Origin: Dongia sp. | GTDB taxonomy: Bacteria > Pseudomonadota > Alphaproteobacteria > Dongiales > Dongiaceae | Reading direction: 5' to 3' | DNA: 64,000 nt | NCBI RefSeq assembly: GCF_041918875.1 | Contig: NZ_JAYRUV010000015.1 | Span: 28,139 to 92,138, forward strand | Shown here: one piece after another, positions 58,151 through 64,000 of the stretch | Numbering within the stretch: position 1 is the stretch's first letter | Layout of the letters: each line of letters starts with the position of its first letter | The notes under the pieces: generated by a model | Told to the model about the DNA's origin: nothing | Database searches by the model: none | The model's input: only the letters and a program-made list of their open reading frames with translations | Made by a program: the position numbers and the translations under genes

Positions 58151-59171
58151 AGGGCGCCGCCGCTTCGGCCAGCTGCTCACCGGCATCGAGGCCTATCGCA
58201 AGCATGCCTATACCCGGACGGCCGAACCGGCGCCGGTCCTGTGGGACGAAGGAACGACCAAGCTGCGCGACTACCGCATGGCCGAGCCGGCCGGAAAGGA
58301 TCCGCGCCGGCCGCGCGTGCTGGTCATCCCGTCGCTGGTGAACCGCTTTTATGTGCTCGATCTGGAGAAGGACGCGTCCTTCCTGCGCTGGCTCGATGCC
58401 CATGGCTTCGATCCCTTCGTCGTCGATTGGGACGGCCCGGGCTATCTGGAGCGCGGCTTCACCTTGACCGACTACATTGCCGGTCGCCTCGACAAGGCGC
58501 TGGACGCGGTGAAGCGCGAACCGGGCGGGCCGGTCTACCTGGTCGGCTACTGCATGGGCGGCAATCTGGCACTCGGCCTCGCTTTGCGCCGGCAGGCGGA
58601 CATCGCCGGCCTCGTCTGCCTCGCGACACCCTGGGATTTTCACGCCGAGAACGCCCCGCATGCGCAGATGATGGGGCAGATCGGGCGGCAGCTGGAACCG
58701 GTCCTGCAGATACTCGGCGAACTGCCGGTCGATATGCTGCAGGCCTTCTTCTCCGGCCTCGACCCGTTTCAGGTCCTCAAGAAGTTCCAGTATTTCGGCA
58801 CGCTCGACCCGGACAGCCCGGCCGCGCGGCGCTTCGTGGCGCTGGAAGACTGGCTCAATGACGGGATCAGCCTCGCTGCCCCTGTGGCGCGCGAATGCCT
58901 TATCGGCTGGTACGGCGAGAACGCGCCGCAGAATCTGAGCTGGAAGATCGCCGGCCAGGCGGTCGATCCGGCGGGCCTCGAGCGGCGGGTGCTCAATGTC
59001 ATTCCCAGCGCCGACCGCATCGTGCCGCCGGGCAGTTCGCGGGCACTCGGCAAGCGGTTGCGGCTTGTCGAGGAGATGGTTCCCAATGCCGGCCATATCG
59101 GCATGATGGTCGGCCGCCACGCCGCGCCGTCGGTGTGGGAGCCGGTTGCGGCCTGGATGCGGGCGCAATAG
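57870..59171 (+). CDS. PHA synthase-like alpha/beta hydrolase (class III PhaC-like); start uncertain
   Basis: VIPSLVNRFYVLDL, VVDWDGP, GYCMGG lipase box, ATPWDF, DRIVPP, GHIGMMVG. Confidence 0.85.
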   Translation: MQTESPHPNGKRPHRLGPRPLPQHLSLAAATWTNSAAALPALNAALNSWRNNPARNQGESPPPSLRQLQQSLAELGPRIGRADPAALMTALQAEGRRRFGQLLTGIEAYRKHAYTRTAEPAPVLWDEGTTKLRDYRMAEPAGKDPRRPRVLVIPSLVNRFYVLDLEKDASFLRWLDAHGFDPFVVDWDGPGYLERGFTLTDYIAGRLDKALDAVKREPGGPVYLVGYCMGGNLALGLALRRQADIAGLVCLATPWDFHAENAPHAQMMGQIGRQLEPVLQILGELPVDMLQAFFSGLDPFQVLKKFQYFGTLDPDSPAARRFVALEDWLNDGISLAAPVARECLIGWYGENAPQNLSWKIAGQAVDPAGLERRVLNVIPSADRIVPPGSSRALGKRLRLVEEMVPNAGHIGMMVGRHAAPSVWEPVAAWMRAQ

Positions 59172-59174
59172 GCG

Positions 59175-59215
59175 AAAAAAGCCCGCGCCCTGGGCTAGGC
59201 GCGGGTTCCTCTTTC
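59175..59215 (-). terminator. Intrinsic terminator between convergent genes (U-tract on the minus strand)
   Basis: AAAAAA-GCCCGCGCC-CTGGGCTA-GGCGCGGGT. Confidence 0.75.
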
Positions 59216-59232
59216 CCGGGATTCGAGACGGG

Positions 59233-59529
59233 TCAGCGTTTCTGATCCGGCTTGATCCCCGTGCCGTGGCTCTGGCCCGGCTTCTGGCCCGGCTGGACGA
59301 CCTTGCCGTCGCCATCCGTATCCTTGCCGACCATGTCGCGCTCGTCGCCGCCCTGGGATTGCTGACGCTGACGGTCGGCATCCGGGTTCTGGCCAGGCTG
59401 GCGCGGCTGGCCGGGCGTGCCTTGCTGCTGCTGGCCCTGTTTGCTCTTGTCCTGGCGCTCGCGTTCGCTGGGATTCTGCTGGTTCTGCTGCGCCGCGCGC
59501 GGATTTTCGGGGTTCTGCTGGTTCGCCAT
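59233..59529 (-). CDS. Small hydrophilic Gln/Gly/Pro-rich disordered protein
   Basis: MANQQNPENPRAAQQNQQ...DTDGDGKV...; GGAAAGGA RBS, own terminator and a candidate ECF promoter. Confidence 0.7.
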   Translation of the reverse strand: MANQQNPENPRAAQQNQQNPSERERQDKSKQGQQQQGTPGQPRQPGQNPDADRQRQQSQGGDERDMVGKDTDGDGKVVQPGQKPGQSHGTGIKPDQKR

Positions 59530-59598
59530 GACGTGATCCTTTCCTTGTTGGCAATCGTCGCTTCCGCAGCGATCGAGGTCGTCGCGCTGCACCGAACC

Positions 59599-59623
59599 AA
59601 CGGCAAGGTCTCAGAAATGTTTC
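59599..59623 (-). promoter_or_regulatory. sigma-EcfG (general stress response)-type promoter
   Basis: Minus strand GAAAC-16 nt-CGTT (consensus GGAAC-N16/17-CGTT). Confidence 0.55.
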
Positions 59624-59712
59624 TCCGATAATGCGGGTAAGAGCCGTGACAATGTGCCCCTAAGACATTAAGCCTGAGCCCAACCTTCGCAATCGCAGCA
59701 AGCCGGATATTC

Positions 59713-60525
59713 ATGGACATCATCAGCGTGGCGCAGGCCGCCCTCCTGGGGCTGGTCGAGGGCCTTACCGAATTCCTGCCCGTTTCCTCCACCGGCCATC
59801 TCATTCTGCTCATCGACCTGCTGGGGTTCGCGGGCCCCAGCGGCAAGCTGTTCGAAATCGTCATCCAGCTGGGCGCGATCCTGGCGGTGAGCTGGGTCTA
59901 TCGCGGCAAGCTCCTCGCCACGGCGGCGCATCTCCATGACAGCGCGCCGGCGCGGCATTTCACCGCCGTGATCCTGGCGGCTTTCCTCCCCTCCATGGTG
60001 GTCGGCGCGCTGGCTTACAGGGTCATCAAGAACGTCCTGTTCTCGCCGCTGGTCGTTTCGACGATGCTGGTGGTGGGCGGCGTCGCCATGCTGCTGATCG
60101 AGCGCTTCCGCCCCGTCCCGCGTTTTCATGCGGCCGAGGAAATCACGCTGCGGCGCGCGCTCGCCGTGGGTTTCTTCCAATGCGTCGCCATGATCCCCGG
60201 TGTGAGCCGTGCCGCCGCCACCATCATGGGCGGCATGCTGATGGGCATCGACCGCCGGACGGCGACCGAGTTCTCCTTCTTCCTCGCCATCCCCACCATG
60301 GTGGCCGCGACCGCCTACGATCTCTACAAGAACTGGCACGATCTCGACACGCAGGGTCTGGCGCTGATCGGCATCGGCTTTCTTTGCGCCTTTGTGACGG
60401 CGCTGATCGTGGTACGGACCGCGATCGGCTTCGTCGGCCGGCACGGCTTTGCCCCCTTCGCCTATTACCGGATCGCGCTCGGCCTCGTCATGCTGGGGAT
60501 TTTGCTTTACCGAACGGTCCATTGA
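59713..60525 (+). CDS. uppP: Undecaprenyl-diphosphate phosphatase
   Basis: GLVEGLTEFLPVSSTGH, IQLGAILA, AMIPGVSR, EFSFFLAIP. Confidence 0.95.
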   Translation: MDIISVAQAALLGLVEGLTEFLPVSSTGHLILLIDLLGFAGPSGKLFEIVIQLGAILAVSWVYRGKLLATAAHLHDSAPARHFTAVILAAFLPSMVVGALAYRVIKNVLFSPLVVSTMLVVGGVAMLLIERFRPVPRFHAAEEITLRRALAVGFFQCVAMIPGVSRAAATIMGGMLMGIDRRTATEFSFFLAIPTMVAATAYDLYKNWHDLDTQGLALIGIGFLCAFVTALIVVRTAIGFVGRHGFAPFAYYRIALGLVMLGILLYRTVH

Positions 60526-60720
60526 CGCAGCCGCCGAATATTGGAGCGGCGTCAGGAACAGCAGCGGGAATAAAGCCGGAGATACTTCACTTTATTTCCG
60601 CCACAGTATACCGTGCCGCCACGGTATAGCGTGCCGACTGTGTTGGGGGCAGCGTCTTCGCCGGCGAACGAACGGACCGGGAGACCGGCTGCACTGCGTA
60701 CGAGGGGGATTTATTCAGCG

Positions 60721-61044
60721 ATGATTTCCGAATGGCGGCGGCTGGTCTTCACCATGGACGAGTTGGCCACGGCGATTCTCCACTATCTGCTGTCGACCAA
60801 CAAGATCGGCGAGAAGGAGAGCCTGGGCCGCATCGCCATCGTCGGCGAGGAAGACCTGCAGGTGACCGTCACGATCAAGGGCGGCGAGAAGCCGGAAGGC
60901 CGCACGGTCGAACTGAAGAGCGAGATTCTCGGCGCCTTGCTGCTGACCCATTGCATCCGTTCGAAGATTCCAGTGGCCAAGCGGGCCAAGAAATCCATCC
61001 TCCGCCACGAGGACAAGCTGGCGCTTGTCCTCACCATCGATTAG
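60721..61044 (+). CDS. Hypothetical protein
   Basis: MISEWRRLVFT...ALLLTHCIRSKIPVAKRAKKSI; host-like codon usage; 6 bp upstream of the pentapeptide gene. Confidence 0.65.
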   Translation: MISEWRRLVFTMDELATAILHYLLSTNKIGEKESLGRIAIVGEEDLQVTVTIKGGEKPEGRTVELKSEILGALLLTHCIRSKIPVAKRAKKSILRHEDKLALVLTID

Positions 61045-61050
61045 GCGGCG

Positions 61051-62310
61051 ATGTCGACCGAGGGCGGCATGGAAATCGACGAGCTGTGGGGGGCGCTGGC
61101 CGCGCACAGGCTGTGGCTGGCCAATGAAAAAGGCGGCCGCCGGGTCGATCTGAGCAAGTTCAACCTCGAAGGCGCATCGCTGCGCGGCATCAATCTCGCC
61201 AAGGCCAAGATGGTGGGCGCGCGCCTCGTCAATTGCGACCTCACCGGCGCGCAGCTCGAAGGCGCCGATCTTTACGGCGCCGATCTTTCGGGCAGCGACC
61301 TCACCGGCGCCAATTGCGCGGACGCCAATCTGCGCGGCGCGCAGCTGACGGGCGCCAATTTCACCAAGGCGCATCTTTCCGGCGCCGACCTCCGCAGCGG
61401 CAATCTGCTGGTCGATGGCGGCGCCACGGCCCTGCGCGACAAATCGGAGATGAACCAGCTGACCCTGAGCGGCGCCAACCTCGAGCGCGCCAAGATCAAC
61501 GGCGCCGTCATCCGCAACGCCAATCTCTCCGGCGCCAATCTGCGCGGGGCGGAGATGATCGGCGCCGATCTTTCCGGGACCCAGCTCAGGGGCGCCGATC
61601 TCAGCGGCGCCAATCTTTCCAACAGCGATCTCACCGGCGCCAGGCTCGACCATGCCAAGGTGACCGGCGCCAAGCTCGACCATGTGACCTTGAAGGACGC
61701 CAACCTTTTCGGCGTCGATCTTTCGAGTGCGATGGAAGGCTATGTCGACACCTCGCACAGCCTGCAGGTCGACGATTCCCCCGACGCCATCGTGCGGCTG
61801 AAGGCGCTCATCGAATCCCACGGCGAATGGGTGGCGACCGGCGGCGAGAAGGGCCAGCGCGCCGATTTCTCCGGCGCCGATCTTTCCGGCCTCGACCTCG
61901 CCGGCAGCAAGCTTACCGGCGCCACCTTCACCAACGCCAAGCTGCGCGGCACCAACCTCCGAGGCGCCAAGAGCAACCTCGCCAATTTCACCGGCACGGA
62001 TCTCACCCGCGCCGACCTCACCTCGGCGGAATTGTGCGGCGCCAAATTCACCAACAGCATCCTCGACGGCGCCATCTTCCGCAACGCCGACCTCAGCCCC
62101 GAGATCATCAAGATCAAGGGCCACAAGGATACGGTCTATCCGACCGTCATCGTCGATTGCCGCCTCGCCAAGGCCGATTTCACCGAGGCGAACGCGGAAG
62201 GAATCGTGGTGGAGAATTTCAAGCTCAGCGACATCGTGGCCGATGCCGGCTTCCGCGAACGCATCGCCGAAGCCACCGCGCAGAGTGCCGAACCCAAGAA
62301 GGGCAGATAG
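61051..62310 (+). CDS. Pentapeptide-repeat protein with two modules
   Basis: Many A(D/N)L(S/R/T)G repeats; head motif HxxW...G.R.D.S occurs twice. Confidence 0.92.
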   Translation: MSTEGGMEIDELWGALAAHRLWLANEKGGRRVDLSKFNLEGASLRGINLAKAKMVGARLVNCDLTGAQLEGADLYGADLSGSDLTGANCADANLRGAQLTGANFTKAHLSGADLRSGNLLVDGGATALRDKSEMNQLTLSGANLERAKINGAVIRNANLSGANLRGAEMIGADLSGTQLRGADLSGANLSNSDLTGARLDHAKVTGAKLDHVTLKDANLFGVDLSSAMEGYVDTSHSLQVDDSPDAIVRLKALIESHGEWVATGGEKGQRADFSGADLSGLDLAGSKLTGATFTNAKLRGTNLRGAKSNLANFTGTDLTRADLTSAELCGAKFTNSILDGAIFRNADLSPEIIKIKGHKDTVYPTVIVDCRLAKADFTEANAEGIVVENFKLSDIVADAGFRERIAEATAQSAEPKKGR

Positions 62311-62431
62311 CGCGCCCAATCCCCTGCTACGCTCATGGTGGAACCGGAGCGGCCCATGGAGTTAGTCTCCTCGCCAGCGCCTAAATCCACCTACATATGA
62401 ACATATGAATCGATGTGAGGGAAAAGACATC

Positions 62432-63460
62432 ATGGAATATCGTCAGCTTGGCCGTTCCGGCCTGCACGTTCCCGTCCTGAGCTTCGGCACCGCCACCTTC
62501 GGCGGCGGCAATGAGTTCTTCGACAAATGGGGCGCGGTAGACAGCCAAGCGGGCAACCGTCAGGTCGATCTCTGTCTCGATCACGGCGTCAACTTCTTCG
62601 ACACGGCCGATGTCTATTCCGACGGGCTCGCCGAAACGATCCTGGGGGCGGCCCTGAAGGGCAAGCGCCATCAGGCCCTCATCTCGACCAAGGCGACCTT
62701 CGCCATGGGCGACGGGCCCAACGAGAAAGGCTCCTCGCGCTATCACCTCGTCCGCGCGGCGGAGGCAAGCCTCAAGCGCCTGCAGACCGATCATATCGAC
62801 ATCTATTTCATGCACGGCTTCGATGCACTGACACCTGTTGAAGAAACATTGTCCGCCTTGGACGACCTCGTCACGTCGGGCAAGGTGCGCTATATCGGCT
62901 GCTCGAACTTCAGCGGCTGGCACGCGATGAAGGCGCTCAGCGTTTCCGAGAAATACGGCCTCGCCCGCTATGTCGTCTATCAGGGCTATTATTCGCTGAT
63001 CGGCCGCGACTATGAGGAAGAGATCATGCCGCTGGCCCTCGACCAGGGCCTCGGCACCATGGTGTGGAGCCCCTTGGGCTGGGGCCGCCTCACCGGCAAG
63101 ATCCGCCGCGGCGCCCCCGACCAGTCCGGCCGCATCAGATCCGGCGGCGCCGAAGGCGGCCCAACGGTCGCCGACGAGTTCCTCTACGACGTGGTCGATG
63201 TGCTGGATGCAGTCGCCAAGGAAACGGAAAAGTCCGTGGCACAAGTGGCCCTCAACTGGCTCCTGCGGCGCCCGACCGTCTGCAACCTCGTCCTCGGCGC
63301 CCGGACCGAAGAACAGCTGAAACAGAATCTGGGTGCCACAGGCTGGAAACTCTCACCAGACCAGATCAAGCGCCTCGACGCCGTGAGCGAAAAAGTCCCG
63401 GTCTATCCCTACTGGCACCAGCGCGATTTCCCAGCGCTGAATCCGCGAGTGGTGGGTTAG
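62432..63460 (+). CDS. Aldo/keto reductase
   Basis: MEYRQLGRSGL, FFDTADVYS, SLKRLQTDHID, GKVRYIGCSN, WSPLGWG. Confidence 0.94.
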   Translation: MEYRQLGRSGLHVPVLSFGTATFGGGNEFFDKWGAVDSQAGNRQVDLCLDHGVNFFDTADVYSDGLAETILGAALKGKRHQALISTKATFAMGDGPNEKGSSRYHLVRAAEASLKRLQTDHIDIYFMHGFDALTPVEETLSALDDLVTSGKVRYIGCSNFSGWHAMKALSVSEKYGLARYVVYQGYYSLIGRDYEEEIMPLALDQGLGTMVWSPLGWGRLTGKIRRGAPDQSGRIRSGGAEGGPTVADEFLYDVVDVLDAVAKETEKSVAQVALNWLLRRPTVCNLVLGARTEEQLKQNLGATGWKLSPDQIKRLDAVSEKVPVYPYWHQRDFPALNPRVVG

Positions 63461-63586
63461 TATGCTTGCGAGACGCGCGATGGCTGCCGATTTCAACCGC
63501 CGGCCGGCCGCGTCGGTTAAATGAGCCACGATAGATCGAATGACTTACCGTGGTCGTCCAATAGACATCGCTAGAGCGGAAGATCG

Positions 63587-63994
63587 ATGACACGCAGGAT
63601 ACTATTGACGGTACTCATGCTCGCGGCCTGCATCGGCACGGCGGCGGCGGAAGATTTCTCCGTCATCGATCCAGCAAAGAACCCAGCCAAGGCGCGCTTC
63701 ATGGCGCTGGCGCAAGAGAAATTCAACAAGGATCCCGATGCGATGTTCAACACGTCGCGCGTGGCCGCCGGCAATCGGCAAGCTGTCTTTGAATGCGGCA
63801 TGAAGTCGGTTCTCGCCGACATCCCCGAAGCCGACGTGCAGCGCCTCGTCGATATGATCGAAGGCCGCGCCCCCTCGGACCCCGCGCTCGCCAAATGGTT
63901 CCAGTTCGACAAGACCGAAAACCCCGCAAGACACGGCCAGGTCAGCGCCCGCGCCAAGGCGATCTGCCCGCAGTTTGCGAACTTGATGAAGTGA
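63587..63994 (+). CDS. Hypothetical secreted protein
   Basis: Signal peptide MTRRILLTVLMLAACIGTAAA-E; two Cys in the mature region. Confidence 0.7.
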   Translation: MTRRILLTVLMLAACIGTAAAEDFSVIDPAKNPAKARFMALAQEKFNKDPDAMFNTSRVAAGNRQAVFECGMKSVLADIPEADVQRLVDMIEGRAPSDPALAKWFQFDKTENPARHGQVSARAKAICPQFANLMK

Positions 63995-64000
63995 GAGCTC

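Noticed and set aside
61200-62100. Periodic ggcgccaatct/ggcgccgatct DNA repeats resembling an array
   Set aside because: 15-nt periodicity from pentapeptide coding; no unique spacers and no cas genes, so not CRISPR.
62393-62408. ACATATGA tandem repeat upstream of the aldo/keto reductase
   Set aside because: It resembles half of an ArsR/SmtB box but lacks the inverted half, and no cognate regulator is adjacent.

Overview
GC-rich alphaproteobacterial chromosomal segment; gene content (mipZ, phaR, ecm/ccr/mcd, SAM-alpha riboswitch) suggests a Rhodospirillales-like host. About 52 intact CDSs, mostly metabolic. No rRNA, tRNA, CRISPR, prophage or transposase was seen. It holds the ethylmalonyl-CoA pathway genes (ecm coupled to bluB; ccr-mcd), a phaR/PHA-synthase-like locus, ilvA, galU, metZ behind a SAM-II riboswitch and terminator, and many amine- and aldehyde-oxidising enzymes. 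Most notable: (1) a tandem glycine riboswitch with its own sigma70 promoter sits upstream of a gamma-glutamyl-amine ligase plus aldehyde dehydrogenase instead of gcvT, suggesting a riboswitch-controlled glutamylation pathway (for example ethanolamine to glycine) whose other parts (APC permease, Fe-ADH, ChaC, PuuB-like oxidase) are scattered through the window; (2) a shared 16-bp palindromic operator links a non-pyrrolysine MttB methyltransferase and a trimethylamine/histamine-dehydrogenase-like flavoenzyme; (3) an apparent 281-nt dual-coding overlap at the phaC-like locus; (4) an uncharacterised HpaB-like monooxygenase/Rid/DUF1028/LysR catabolic module. Two REP-like repeat families, two gene remnants and a low-GC cassette inside a DUF898 gene are also present. 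All calls are from reading motifs by eye; no database searches were run.
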